DNA from: Candidatus Helarchaeota archaeon
GTDB lineage: Archaea; Asgardarchaeota; Lokiarchaeia; Helarchaeales; RDOG01
Direction of reading: 5' to 3'
Assembly: GCA_019058315.1 (NCBI GenBank)
Contig: JAHPZH010000007.1
Location: 1-64,000, forward strand
DNA: 64,000 nt
Shown: piece by piece, positions 49,591 to 60,513 of the stretch
How positions within the stretch are numbered: position 1 is the stretch's first letter
How the letters are laid out: each line of letters begins with the position of its first letter
The notes under the pieces: model-generated
What the model was told of the DNA's origin: nothing
Databases searched by the model: none
Seen by the model: the letters and a program-made list of their open reading frames with translations, nothing else
Translations under genes and position numbers: made by a program

Positions 49591-50925
49591 TTAATTTTGA
49601 GGTTTAATAATTGATCCCATTCCTTCTTTCGCTAAAACTTCTCTATGATCCATGACTAATTTTCCATTTAAAAATGTCATAATTGGAATACCCTGGACTT
49701 CAAATCCATCAAATGGAGAATGATGAGCCTTGGAAAAGAAATTGGCTGAATTTATTTTATATTTCTTCTTTAAATCCACCACAACAAGATCTGCATCAAA
49801 ATTTGGGAAAATTCTTCCTTTTTGTTTTATATTGAATAATTTAGCTGGATTCTCTGAGCATAATTCAACAAATCTTTTTAAAGTGATTCTTTTATTGTTT
49901 ATATAGGTTAGCATTAATGGTAATAAAGTTTCTAACCCCGGAATTCCACTTGGGGCTTCTAAAAAAGTAGATTTTTTTTCATCTAACGAATGCGGGGCAT
50001 GATCTGTTGCTATAACATCCACAAAACCTGAATTAATTCCATCCCAAAGTGCATTACAATCACTTTTTTTTCGTAAAGGGGGGACCATTTTAGAAAAGGA
50101 CTTTTTAGTTTGAAGTAAATTGGAATCTAATATTAAATGGTGTGGAGTAACTTCAAGCGAAAAATTCAATCCTTTCTTTTTAGCTTCTATAATTCTTTTA
50201 ATAGACTCAGCAGTACTAATGTGAGCGAAGTGTAATTTTATTCCATTATCCTTAATAAAATTAATACATCTTTGTACGGTATCTATTTCACTATTAGCGT
50301 TATGTGCCTTTAAGAATGCTTCAATATCAGGATAATTAGCTTCTTTATATGTTTTAATTAATTTGTTAGTGTCTCTTTTTTCAGCATGAATAGTAACTGG
50401 AAGTTGAGTATTTTGAAGTAATTTGAATAAAGAACTAAGTTGGTCATCATTTGAAAAATCAAAATTAGAATATGGATGATCTGGATAAATTTTAAACCCT
50501 ATCGCCCCTAATTTTGTTATTTTTAAGATATCTTGGAAGTTTTCTGGAATAGCAGAATAAAAACCCACGTTACAAACAATTTTATTTGCTGCCTTTTTTA
50601 ATTTTAATTTAAAAATATCTGGATTATCAGTTCGTGGCTTAGTATTTGGCATGTCTAAAACTGTAGTTATTCCTCCTGCTAATGCTGCACGGGTTCCAGT
50701 TAAAAAATCTTCTTTATACGATAAATCCAAATCTCTCAAATGAACATGAACATCAATAATTCCAGGTAAAATTAAATTGCCATTACACTCTATTGTTTTA
50801 GATGCTGGGGGTAGATTGGGGTCTTTTCCTATTTTAATAATTTTCCCCTTATCAATAGCAATTCCCCCTTCCTTTATTTCTCCTTCTGTGAAAATTTTAG
50901 CGTTATTAAGGATTAAATCTTTCAA
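49591..50925 (-). CDS. pyrC: Dihydroorotase
   Basis: DVHVHLRD, DMPNT, HAE, HIST, EVTPHH, TDHAPH. Confidence 0.88.
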   Translation of the reverse strand: MKDLILNNAKIFTEGEIKEGGIAIDKGKIIKIGKDPNLPPASKTIECNGNLILPGIIDVHVHLRDLDLSYKEDFLTGTRAALAGGITTVLDMPNTKPRTDNPDIFKLKLKKAANKIVCNVGFYSAIPENFQDILKITKLGAIGFKIYPDHPYSNFDFSNDDQLSSLFKLLQNTQLPVTIHAEKRDTNKLIKTYKEANYPDIEAFLKAHNANSEIDTVQRCINFIKDNGIKLHFAHISTAESIKRIIEAKKKGLNFSLEVTPHHLILDSNLLQTKKSFSKMVPPLRKKSDCNALWDGINSGFVDVIATDHAPHSLDEKKSTFLEAPSGIPGLETLLPLMLTYINNKRITLKRFVELCSENPAKLFNIKQKGRIFPNFDADLVVVDLKKKYKINSANFFSKAHHSPFDGFEVQGIPIMTFLNGKLVMDHREVLAKEGMGSIIKPQN

Positions 50926-50979
50926 TGACTGATATTCCTTTTATTAAAAAATTGGGTAATAATTAAAGATGGGATCTTT

Positions 50980-51792
50980 TTAATCGACTTTTAAATTGTT
51001 TTTGACTAATTTAACCATGTCCGTTTTAGAAACTATTCCGACTAATTTATTATTAGCATTCAATACTGGTACTGCTCTCATTCCTTCTTCAAGCATTATT
51101 GTAGCTGCTTCACCTATAGAATCATCTTCTTTTAAAGTGGGTGGATCTGTCTTCATAGCATCTGCAACTAAAATATATCTTAAACGTTCTTCTTGATGGC
51201 GACCTGGGACTTTATTTCTAAAATTCGCAAAAGCTCTAGCAATCATTCCTTCAGAAATCAATCCTATAAGATCTTCTCCATCGAGTACAGGAAGCACAGA
51301 AACATTCTTATCAAATAAAATATTACGTGCGTGGATTAATCTATCATTGATTGAAATAGTAATTGGCCTTTTTGTCATTATTTTGTTTAAAGAAATATCA
51401 TCTAATTTTTGACATATTTGGGTCATTTCATTATACGTAATTAATCCCACAGGTTTATCATCTTCCATAACAGGTAGTCCCGAGACTTCTTCTTTAAGCA
51501 TTATCTCCGCCGCTTCACTTAAATCTGTATTTGGATTAACAGTTTTTGGTTTATAATACATTGATGCTGAAACGTGAAGACTCGAAGTCTTTATGGATTT
51601 AGTTTTGCTTGATCCTAATCTATCGGCAAGCTCTCGCTCTGTAAGAATACCTGCGAGTTTATCTTCGTTTGTACATAATAAAGTAGATAAATTTTGTTTT
51701 TTCATCATTTCAATAGCATCAATTAACAATCGATCTTTGTCAATTGATATTTTTCTAATATCTTTTTTTTGCATAATTTCATTGATACGCAT
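50980..51792 (-). CDS. Four-CBS-domain protein
   Basis: Repeated LPV...GII/GLI CBS pattern. Confidence 0.88.
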   Translation of the reverse strand: MRINEIMQKKDIRKISIDKDRLLIDAIEMMKKQNLSTLLCTNEDKLAGILTERELADRLGSSKTKSIKTSSLHVSASMYYKPKTVNPNTDLSEAAEIMLKEEVSGLPVMEDDKPVGLITYNEMTQICQKLDDISLNKIMTKRPITISINDRLIHARNILFDKNVSVLPVLDGEDLIGLISEGMIARAFANFRNKVPGRHQEERLRYILVADAMKTDPPTLKEDDSIGEAATIMLEEGMRAVPVLNANNKLVGIVSKTDMVKLVKNNLKVD

Positions 51793-51900
51793 ATATTACC
51801 CTCAATTCAATAATGAAACTAAATTTTATTAAGATTTTTTATTTGTGCAAAATATAATATTCAATGTAAGGAACAAGGAATTTGTAAAAAAAAGGGTTTT

Positions 51901-53934
51901 TCATATATTTATTTTACCTTTGCCAGTTGGAATTAAACGTTGAATTTCATCAATATTAATTCTTCTTATTTTATTTCGGAGTTTTGAGTCTTTAACATTT
52001 GATAACCAATAAGAAATAATTTCTTTTGCTAGAATTGAACTTTTTAAATCACCTGGGCAAATCTCTACTGGAAATAATATGTCTTTTGACTCAATATTTG
52101 GAGAAATTACGGGATATACATATTCATCTTCGATTTTGAATCCAATTTTGATTGTTGCAGGGATAGATTTCAAAATATTTTTTGTACCTTGGATGATGAA
52201 AGATCCTTTTTTACGATATTCACCTGATGGTGGAGTAAAAGTAACTTGAGAACCCTTAACCCAAAATGCATCAGCCTGACTATAACCTGCTTTCCAAGCA
52301 CCAGAATACGAAATGGCTAATTGAGCTCCCTCTAATATACTCTCTTCTGGAACCTCTTTTCCTTCAGTTTGAATAATAACAGCAGGTGCTCCAGCAAAAC
52401 TAGCATGAAGAAATATATCGTTATCATTCATATATTTTTTTACGATAATTTCATTCGTTTTAACGTCCTTTCCTCCTAAAATCAAAAAACCATTTGATGA
52501 TTTTAACCAATGAAATTTTTCAAACCATTTTTGAGTTCGCTTTTTTCTTGGTTTTTCAATAATTGGTTTCTCTATTGAATCTTCTAATTTTGCAGTTTCT
52601 AATTTTTTTAGAGTATTTTGAATAGCTTTTTCTGCTCCTAACTTTTTCTTCAACATTTTTTTTGATTTTTGATAAAAATTATTTGCAATTTGTGTTGGAG
52701 AATCCGTAAAATCTATTTGAAAACTCGTGTCTCCAATTTTTAACTCAACTAAGGCATTATTTGGTATAATTTTATTCATGATTTGAGCAAAGCTACCATC
52801 TTCCTTTTTCTCTTTCTCAAGTTTTGAAATTATTTCATCCCAAGAAATTTTATTTTTACGAGAAGAATTAACAAATTCGAATAATTGTTGAATTAATCCG
52901 AGATTTTGGTATATTAAATCACCATATTTTTTAAATTTTTCTCCTTTACTAATCAAAGCTTGAAGTTGTTGTTTTTGATCATTTAAAATTCTTTCAAGTC
53001 TCGTTATTTTTGCCTTTGACTCAGAAATTTGTTCTTGAATTTGCTTCTTTTCAATAGTTTCTTCTTGAAGGCTATAAAACTCATCCGCTGCTTCATTAAT
53101 GGTCTTGAATTTCTTCTGTTTAAATTCTTGAAAAATTTGCATATCAATTGGCGAAATTGCATAGAAATCTGAATTTTTATATATTATTTGGGGAGTAAAT
53201 TGTTTCTCTTTAAATGGGCGTAATAAATTCTCGATTTCTATAAAAATTTCTTTACTTTTATCTAATATCGAATTTGAAGACGCTTGAAGGTCAACATTCG
53301 CTCTAATACAAATCTCCTGTGCATAATTTGGTCCAATATTTAAATTACTAACTAAAGTTGGGATAATTCTTTTATTCGAATTCTGAAGCATGTTTTTGAA
53401 ATTCTCTAGCGATAAATTCATAATATTTTGACCAGATGTCGTTGGAAGCGAAAAAGCTCTGTTTGGGATAATTCGGCGATCACGCATTGTTTTATAACGC
53501 GATGCCGAAATGACAATATTATTTTCGTCAGTTAAAATAACATTTCCTTTATCAAAAAACTCGAATATTACCTTAAAAGTTATAATTGGTTTTGAATCAC
53601 TGGTTTCTTCTTCTGATTGAATATATCCTAACTCTAGAACTATAACCCTATCAAAATTATGTTGATAAACATCACAAACACGTAAATTCTTGGTGCTTTT
53701 TCTTAATTTTATACAAAAATTAGGTGGTATCTTTGGTTTACCCCTCTCATATTCAGTGATATGAATACGATTTGGTGTTTCCACTAACAAATTCATTTTT
53801 CCAGTTTCTGTTTTGAATTTAAAAATGAAAATATTCCCAATTTGGTATATTTTTTGAATTCTGGCTTCGATAAGTTTAGATCTTATTTCTGAAATAATTG
53901 CTAAAATATCAAAGTTTGACATGGAGTATTTCAA
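51901..53934 (-). CDS. rqcH: Ribosome quality control RqcH/NEMF (NFACT) protein
   Basis: FDRVI, EFFDKGN, WFEKFHW, GGKD...NE, GSFII. Confidence 0.9.
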   Translation of the reverse strand: MKYSMSNFDILAIISEIRSKLIEARIQKIYQIGNIFIFKFKTETGKMNLLVETPNRIHITEYERGKPKIPPNFCIKLRKSTKNLRVCDVYQHNFDRVIVLELGYIQSEEETSDSKPIITFKVIFEFFDKGNVILTDENNIVISASRYKTMRDRRIIPNRAFSLPTTSGQNIMNLSLENFKNMLQNSNKRIIPTLVSNLNIGPNYAQEICIRANVDLQASSNSILDKSKEIFIEIENLLRPFKEKQFTPQIIYKNSDFYAISPIDMQIFQEFKQKKFKTINEAADEFYSLQEETIEKKQIQEQISESKAKITRLERILNDQKQQLQALISKGEKFKKYGDLIYQNLGLIQQLFEFVNSSRKNKISWDEIISKLEKEKKEDGSFAQIMNKIIPNNALVELKIGDTSFQIDFTDSPTQIANNFYQKSKKMLKKKLGAEKAIQNTLKKLETAKLEDSIEKPIIEKPRKKRTQKWFEKFHWLKSSNGFLILGGKDVKTNEIIVKKYMNDNDIFLHASFAGAPAVIIQTEGKEVPEESILEGAQLAISYSGAWKAGYSQADAFWVKGSQVTFTPPSGEYRKKGSFIIQGTKNILKSIPATIKIGFKIEDEYVYPVISPNIESKDILFPVEICPGDLKSSILAKEIISYWLSNVKDSKLRNKIRRINIDEIQRLIPTGKGKINI

Positions 53935-54072
53935 GGTATATCCTCGTTATAATAACACATTCTTTTCATATTATCTTATCATAATAAAAATGGTAAATCT
54001 AGAATTTCTTTATTATGTAATAGAACAATTTTTATTTACATTAATTTTAAAATAAATACAAGGGTTTTTGTA

Positions 54073-54423
54073 ATGGTTATTGATAAATTAAAAAGAAAAA
54101 TCGATGAAATGAGTCTAAAGGGCCAAATTTATGTATCAAAAATAATTTTGGCCGCAATTGCAACATTAGGTTGTTTTATCTTAACGCTGACTCAAATAGA
54201 ACACTCACAAGCTTGGGGTGTTGCATTTGGTTGGAGTTTGGTAGCTGTACATTTTTTAGTTGTTTGGAAAGTCGTGAAAGTTGACATAAACGAAATTGGA
54301 GGAAAAGGAAAGATCCTTATGGAAGGATTCGGAACTTATATATTTATGTGGTTACTACTTTGGACGACTGTACATACTATATGGTGGATTTCAGTATATG
54401 GTGTCCCGATTTTTTATCCTTAA
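54073..54423 (+). CDS. 3-TM membrane protein, EMC6/Rab5ip-like
   Basis: C-terminal EGFGTYIFMWLLLWTTVH resembles the EMC6 GLFTYVLFWT ending. Confidence 0.55.
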   Translation: MVIDKLKRKIDEMSLKGQIYVSKIILAAIATLGCFILTLTQIEHSQAWGVAFGWSLVAVHFLVVWKVVKVDINEIGGKGKILMEGFGTYIFMWLLLWTTVHTIWWISVYGVPIFYP

Positions 54424-54623
54424 TAAACAAAACTAGTATAATATGACCCAACTTTTAAGTTTCGCCTATAATTTCTAATATTAAATCTGATCATATAATT
54501 TGGAAATTTCGAATTTCTCAAAAATTTTTCTAGAAATTGTTAAATCTTCAAATATAATTAAAAATATTTAATACATAAAAAAAATTAAATTATTATAAGT
54601 GGTAAAAAATCAGATGAAAATTA

Positions 54624-55118
54624 ATGAAAAAACAAGATAGCTCAACTAAGGGAGATATAGACGAATTAGATCATAAAATATTAGAATTTTTACAAGATGA
54701 TTCTCGGATGCCTTTTACGAATATTGCTAAAAAACTTAATGTGCCTGATACGACAGTTCATTTTCGAGTGCGCAAATTAAAAGAGATGGGTATAATCAAA
54801 AAATTCTCTATAGTGATACCTCCAGAGACATTAGGCTTTCGCGTTATTGCATGGTTTACCCTAAAAGTCGGTGGGCATATTGTTGAGGATATTTCCATCA
54901 AGAGACTAAATGAATTAACTGAATACTTATCAAAAATGAATAATGTTAAGTTTGTAGCTAATACATCCGATAATAATATTTGTATTCTTGTATTAACAAA
55001 AAATGAAGCAGAAATGGATCAAATTATAAATGAGCTTAACCATAATCCTGATGTTGGTGAGTTATCTGTTTCGAAAATTACTAAAATTATAAAAGGTGAA
55101 GGTTTTACTAGTTTATAA
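54624..55118 (+). CDS. Lrp/AsnC transcriptional regulator
   Basis: DELDHKILEFLQDDSRMPFTNIAKKL...RVRKLKEMGII. Confidence 0.92.
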   Translation: MKKQDSSTKGDIDELDHKILEFLQDDSRMPFTNIAKKLNVPDTTVHFRVRKLKEMGIIKKFSIVIPPETLGFRVIAWFTLKVGGHIVEDISIKRLNELTEYLSKMNNVKFVANTSDNNICILVLTKNEAEMDQIINELNHNPDVGELSVSKITKIIKGEGFTSL

Positions 55119-55135
55119 CATATGAGGGTGATTTT

Positions 55136-55855
55136 GTGGCTGATGAACGAGTTAAAACTGGAGTTCCAGGACTTGATGAAATTTTACATGGTGGTTTAAT
55201 TAAAGGACATAATATTTTGGTTACAGGTTGTGCTGGGACTGGAAAAACGATTCTATGTACGCAATTTCTTTATCAAGGTGCAAAAAAATTTAATGAACCT
55301 GGAATTTTAGTAACTTTAGAGGAAATGCCCAATGAGTTGAGGAAAGAAGCGTCATTATTTAAATGGGATGTAAAAGAGTTAGAAGAACAAAAAAAATTCG
55401 CTATAATTGATGCAGCATCAAGTAAAGCGGGTCTTCCAACTGGTGAAAAATTTGCTCTAAGAAGAGGTTTTGACGTTAATACTTTAGCACAAGAGATATA
55501 TCGTACAACAAAAGAAATAGGCGCTAAAAGGGTTGTAATTGACTCAATTGCAGGTTTGGGAATGCAATTTGAGGGTACTATAAATATAAGAACAGCAATA
55601 TTTCGTTTAAGTGCATTGTTACGAGAAATAAATTGTACATCACTTATGACTTCTGAAGTACCCGCAGGAGACGTTTTTACTAGATATGGTGTCGAAGAAT
55701 TTATTGCTCAAGGAGTAATTCTTCTTTATCTTGAAGAGGAAGCAGGAGAGTTAAAACGCAGTCTAGTTGTAAGAAAAATGAGAGGAACATCCCACTCACT
55801 AAAGCGCTATCCATTTGAAATTAATGACGACAAAGGAATAGTTGTAATGCTTTAA
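55136..55855 (+). CDS. KaiC-like (RAD55) single-domain ATPase
   Basis: TGVPGLD, GCAGTGKT, LEE, VIDS, KMRG. Confidence 0.92.
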   Translation: MADERVKTGVPGLDEILHGGLIKGHNILVTGCAGTGKTILCTQFLYQGAKKFNEPGILVTLEEMPNELRKEASLFKWDVKELEEQKKFAIIDAASSKAGLPTGEKFALRRGFDVNTLAQEIYRTTKEIGAKRVVIDSIAGLGMQFEGTINIRTAIFRLSALLREINCTSLMTSEVPAGDVFTRYGVEEFIAQGVILLYLEEEAGELKRSLVVRKMRGTSHSLKRYPFEINDDKGIVVML

Positions 55856-55934
55856 TATTTTTTTCTTTTATATTCTAAATATATTTCTTTATTTAAAATG
55901 TATTTTTACAATAAATAGGGAATAATTAATAGTT

Positions 55935-56837
55935 CTATTTCTCTTCTTCTGGTTCTTCCCAACCCAATACTTTTAGAGCTTCAAGCACAGCTTCTTTATC
56001 ACTTATTTTAAAAAGCTCATCATCACTTGCTTCGGCAGCTGTAAAAGGTTTTGTGGGGGGAGTTGAGATAGTTGGGGTGGGTTGAGTTGTTACAGGTTTT
56101 GGACCCAGTGCTGTTCTCAAAGCCTCAGTATCAATTTCTACACTTCCTGAAGTAGGCTGTGCAGGAGTTGGAGTTTTTTTACTTTCTAATGACTGTAAAG
56201 CATCGAATAATGCCCTTTTATCAAAACTTTCTTCCACTTCCGAAACTGAAGCTGGTGCTGGGATTGAATCTACTGAAACTGGGGCAGGAACTTCTTCTAA
56301 TCCAGTTGAAGCTGTTAATTGATCTACAGTAATAGGTTCGGGAACCTCTTCAGTGGTGATTGTTGTAGGTGTTGTAAGTGTTACTGGAGCAGATTGAGAT
56401 GAAACAGGTGCTGCTATAGTAGGCTCAGCTGTAGCTGGAAGAATTGCTGCTTCATATCCTAAGGTGTGCGCCACTTTATTACTAAATCTATGTAAAAGTG
56501 CGAGATAATAGCCCATTCTACTCATTTTTTTACAAGAACCTACGACCATATGTCTAGGTCCAGCTTGAGTGAGTATAGTATAACCATCTTCTCCTCTTAC
56601 GATGATTTCCTTCAATCCTCCATGTTTTAATTGGCGTAGACTAGTTTCTCCCAAATTTACAAGGGCAGCAGATGCTGCTGAATATACATCTGCATCAACA
56701 TCAGCAGAAACTGCACAAGCTATACGTAATCCTTCCTTTGTAACAACTGCACACGCTTCTAATTCAGTTCTAGCTTCCAATTTATTTAATAAATTGGTTA
56801 AAGTATCTTTCTGGTCTTCAGAAATCTCCAATTTCAA
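55935..56837 (-). CDS. Roadblock/LC7 protein with long Pro/Thr-rich tail
   Basis: ACAVVTKEGLRIA...EIIVRGEDGY; low-complexity tail. Confidence 0.85.
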   Translation of the reverse strand: MKLEISEDQKDTLTNLLNKLEARTELEACAVVTKEGLRIACAVSADVDADVYSAASAALVNLGETSLRQLKHGGLKEIIVRGEDGYTILTQAGPRHMVVGSCKKMSRMGYYLALLHRFSNKVAHTLGYEAAILPATAEPTIAAPVSSQSAPVTLTTPTTITTEEVPEPITVDQLTASTGLEEVPAPVSVDSIPAPASVSEVEESFDKRALFDALQSLESKKTPTPAQPTSGSVEIDTEALRTALGPKPVTTQPTPTISTPPTKPFTAAEASDDELFKISDKEAVLEALKVLGWEEPEEEK

Positions 56838-57092
56838 ACCTTCTTTAAAAATATCTCAAAAAGCTATTTCCAATTAATAATTTTTATAGATTTTAGCCTT
56901 ATTTAATTATGGTTTCTAGTTATTCTTATATTTTATTTCATTAATTTGAGTTTATCAATCAAGGTCATAATAAGAAATTTCTTAATTTATTGAATATAAT
57001 TTGAAAATTCATAAAAATTTTATAAAATTAGTTAAAAGAGTAATTATTTTAAATAAAATTTAATATTCTAAAATCAGTAAGGATGTTTTAAA

Positions 57093-57308
57093 ATGATAAA
57101 TGAGAAATTGATATGTTTAAATTGTAAAAAAGAAATTCCTTCTAATGCTTCATATTGCCCCCATTGTGGTTTAAAATTAAAAATGTCTATTCAAGCTAAG
57201 AATACAAGAATTTGTAAAAAATGCGGTACTAATATTTTAACATCAAAATTATCTTATTGTCCAATATGTTCAACTAATTTAGAAAGCACCCGAGTTCAAA
57301 AAAAGTAA
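57093..57308 (+). CDS. Double zinc-ribbon protein
   Basis: Four CxxC pairs. Confidence 0.8.
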   Translation: MINEKLICLNCKKEIPSNASYCPHCGLKLKMSIQAKNTRICKKCGTNILTSKLSYCPICSTNLESTRVQKK

Positions 57309-57417
57309 AATTAGCATTTTTCAATATTTCTGAGGATTTTAATTCATTTTTTGGTAAATCTAAATTAATTCTAATGGAATTAAGGTTATTTTTTTTACTA
57401 TTTTAAAAATCTAGGTC

Positions 57418-57615
57418 TTACAATGATTTTGCTCTCTCTTCTACTTCAGTAGCTTTATCATCAAGACCAGCTTTTCTATACCACTCTGCTGCACTTAATA
57501 AAAGTCTCTTAGCTATTTCTGGTTCACGGCTTTTTATATGACTCTCAGCAAGTTCTATATGATATTTGGCTTTCTTTTCTGCATATTCAATTAATTGATC
57601 ACTTGCTTTAGGCAC
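57418..57615 (-). CDS. Small helical protein
   Basis: GTG start with SD gaggg; TPR/SNAP-like helix pair. Confidence 0.65.
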   Translation of the reverse strand: MPKASDQLIEYAEKKAKYHIELAESHIKSREPEIAKRLLLSAAEWYRKAGLDDKATEVEERAKSL

Positions 57616-57771
57616 TAAAATCCCTCATATTTCTTTATTTTTAGTAATTGTTCTATCTAATTAAAAAATAAAACTTATGTATATTAATATTTTTTTAATT
57701 TTAAAAATGGGATAGAAAATTCTGAATATTTAAGTTAATTTGGGAATATTTTAGGTTAAAATAAATAAATA

Positions 57772-58674
57772 TTATTTTTGGAATTTAATCTTATATGCTT
57801 CGACTTGTGCACTAGATAGAACTTCAGTTGATCCTTTAAGTAATTCAACAGCCATTATTCGACCTTCATTAACAATCATTCGAGCAGTATAGTCCTTAGC
57901 GAGAAAATCACCCTCTGGTAAATCTGCGAAAATTTCCCATTTACGCTCAATCTTTTCTTGACCAAGAAAAGTTTTCTTACTCTCTACCATGCTGAAAACG
58001 TATGGACCGATTACCACAATCTCCCTCTCATAATTTGGTGGAACTGATTTTTGATCAATAATTGCGATAATTTGCTTTACACTATCTTCAACTGGAAGGG
58101 ATTGAATCCCAGTACTAACTACTGCCTCAGCTGGAACTGTTTCTGGTTGAGAAATAGGTGCAGGTTGAATCGTAGGTGTAGGTTGAAACGTAGGAGCTGG
58201 TTCAATAGTAGGAGGAGTTTGAACTATCGCGGGTTGGGGTTGAGTGGGTTGAATAATTGTAGGTTGAGCAACTGGCTGTGGTGGAGAGGCAACCGTTGGT
58301 TGAGGAGGTAATGCTGGAGGTTGGGCTGCTGGCTGCTCTGCCGGTATAAATTCTTCGATTTCAGGAGCAGTGGGAACAGGACCGCCAATTAAATTAATAA
58401 ATTCACTTGGTTCTGAACCTTGGTCAACAGAATCCACTTTAAAAGTTAAACCTAATTGCCCACGCAAGTCTTGACTTTTGCGTGCTGCAATAAACTTCCG
58501 ACGAACCCTTGCATTCTCTCCTTTCCAAATATATATTTTCTTTTGTATCTCATCAACAACTAAAACTACCATATCTGATTTTAACATAACATTAATTGGT
58601 CCAGATATTGGTACTTGTTCTAAATCGCCTTCGTCTAAAACATTGTGTAGTTGAATGCTCATAATAAACGCCAC
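57772..58674 (-). CDS. Single-domain gelsolin with Pro/Gln linker and C-terminal domain
   Basis: LKSDMVVLVVD...IYIWKG...VDQGSEPSEF gelsolin signature. Confidence 0.85.
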   Translation of the reverse strand: MAFIMSIQLHNVLDEGDLEQVPISGPINVMLKSDMVVLVVDEIQKKIYIWKGENARVRRKFIAARKSQDLRGQLGLTFKVDSVDQGSEPSEFINLIGGPVPTAPEIEEFIPAEQPAAQPPALPPQPTVASPPQPVAQPTIIQPTQPQPAIVQTPPTIEPAPTFQPTPTIQPAPISQPETVPAEAVVSTGIQSLPVEDSVKQIIAIIDQKSVPPNYEREIVVIGPYVFSMVESKKTFLGQEKIERKWEIFADLPEGDFLAKDYTARMIVNEGRIMAVELLKGSTEVLSSAQVEAYKIKFQK

Positions 58675-58933
58675 ATTTTGGAATAAGACATAAAATAATT
58701 GGAAATTTTTTCTATTTTGAATTATTAATAACTAAATAGTTTAATAAATTCTATACATAATGTAAAACATTTTAACTAATTATTATAATTTTCGTCTATT
58801 GAAACTAAAAACAAAAAGGAATATAATTGAAATAAACATTTTTTTATGAATAAATTATTTTTATATCGATGATTTTGTCGTTTTTTTTAATAAATTGAAG
58901 TTATACTCATTTTTAATTTAATATTACTATATT

Positions 58934-60490
58934 TTATACTTTCATTGCTTCAGGAATTAGTTCAAGTAAATCAGTTGCCATTATATGGTTGCCAAAATAT
59001 TTTTTAGAAGCCAATTTCCCGGCTTTTCCATTGATAAATGCAGCTGAAACAGCTGATTCAAAAACATCTACTTTTTGTCCTATTAAACATGACGAAATAC
59101 CTGTTAATACATCCCCAGTGCCTCCAACAGTCATCGCTGGGCATCCTGTTAAGTTAATTTTAAACTTTTTTCCATCCGAAATTATATCTTCATGACCCTT
59201 AAGTAAAATGGTAACCCTCATCTCCTTAGCTGAGTCAATGACTTTTTGGATTTTTGTCGATAACGACAAATCCTTTAAATCAATTCCAGTTAATATTTTA
59301 AACTCTCCTTCATGAGGAGTTAAGATTATATGTGATTTTGATAAAACTTTCAAATCAAGTGCGATTGCCTTTAAAGCATCGGCATCTATTACTAAAGGAA
59401 TATTAATTTTTTGAATTTTTTTAACAATTTCTACTACAGTTGTTAAAGTTGAGCTATCATTTCCTAAACCTGGTCCAATTGCAACTGAAGTCGCCCAAGG
59501 TAATAAATTATCTATATGTGGTATAGATTCTTCGGATAAAATATCTCCTGGAAAATCTCTAACTATTAAATTTGGAGAATAACTTCTTAAATTAGAAGCA
59601 ACTTTTTCAGGTGTGGCAATGATTACAAGATCTGCCCCAGTTCTATATGCTGCTAAACCTACCAAAGCTGGTGCTCCAGTATAATATTTTCCCCCTCCTA
59701 TTACTAATATTTTTCCAAAATCTCCTTTGTGGCTATGAGGATCTCTTGATCTTTCTAAAAATTTTACATCTCCAGTTCCTACTATGAATTCTGCTTCAGG
59801 AGGAATGCCAATTTCTGAAATTACTAATTTTCCTACAAATTTTTCATTATTTTTTAAACCAATTTTCAATTTATGGAAAGTTATAGTCAGATTTGCTTCA
59901 ATAGCTTTATCATGGATATTTCCATTTAAGGGATCCAAGCCAGAAGGAACATCAATAGCCACTTTAAGAGCTTTAGATTCATTAATAAGGTCTATTGCTG
60001 TAGATATTGGTTCACGTAATTTTCCCTTAACTCCAGTTCCTAATAAACCATCTATTATAATATCAGCTGACAATATTTTTTCTCTTATTGAATTTAGTTG
60101 ATTTGGATTAATAATTTCAAACTTAGAAATTGAAAATTTCATTTGTTCTAAAGCATTCCAATTCCTCTTAGAAATCTCTGTTCTGATTTGAGAGCTATGT
60201 CCTAATAAAAAGACATTTATTTTTGGTTTATAATATGATAGATGACGCGCTGCAACAAAAGCATCGCCACCATTATTTCCCGTTCCTGCAAAAATAAAAA
60301 TAGTTTTATTACTAATATCTGAAATCTCTCTAATTATTTCTTGAGATATCGCTTTACCAGCATTTTCCATTAATAATTCTGTTGGGACTCCTAAATAAGA
60401 GCAATTTTCATCAATCACTGCCATCTGCTTAGGCGTAATTTCCTTTATTCCATATTTTTTAAATAAGGATAAGAATGGTAAATTTTGCAA
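58934..60490 (-). CDS. nnr: Bifunctional NAD(P)HX epimerase/dehydratase
   Basis: LMENAG, GNNGGD, DVPSG, HKG, GPGLG, DADA, TPHEGEF, GGTGDVL. Confidence 0.95.
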   Translation of the reverse strand: MQNLPFLSLFKKYGIKEITPKQMAVIDENCSYLGVPTELLMENAGKAISQEIIREISDISNKTIFIFAGTGNNGGDAFVAARHLSYYKPKINVFLLGHSSQIRTEISKRNWNALEQMKFSISKFEIINPNQLNSIREKILSADIIIDGLLGTGVKGKLREPISTAIDLINESKALKVAIDVPSGLDPLNGNIHDKAIEANLTITFHKLKIGLKNNEKFVGKLVISEIGIPPEAEFIVGTGDVKFLERSRDPHSHKGDFGKILVIGGGKYYTGAPALVGLAAYRTGADLVIIATPEKVASNLRSYSPNLIVRDFPGDILSEESIPHIDNLLPWATSVAIGPGLGNDSSTLTTVVEIVKKIQKINIPLVIDADALKAIALDLKVLSKSHIILTPHEGEFKILTGIDLKDLSLSTKIQKVIDSAKEMRVTILLKGHEDIISDGKKFKINLTGCPAMTVGGTGDVLTGISSCLIGQKVDVFESAVSAAFINGKAGKLASKKYFGNHIMATDLLELIPEAMKV

Positions 60491-60513
60491 ATTTATTCAT
60501 CCCCTATAAACCT

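Noticed and set aside
54624-55855. Circadian clock interpretation of the KaiC-like gene
   Set aside because: Single-domain KaiC-like ATPases are widespread in archaea; no kaiA/kaiB nearby
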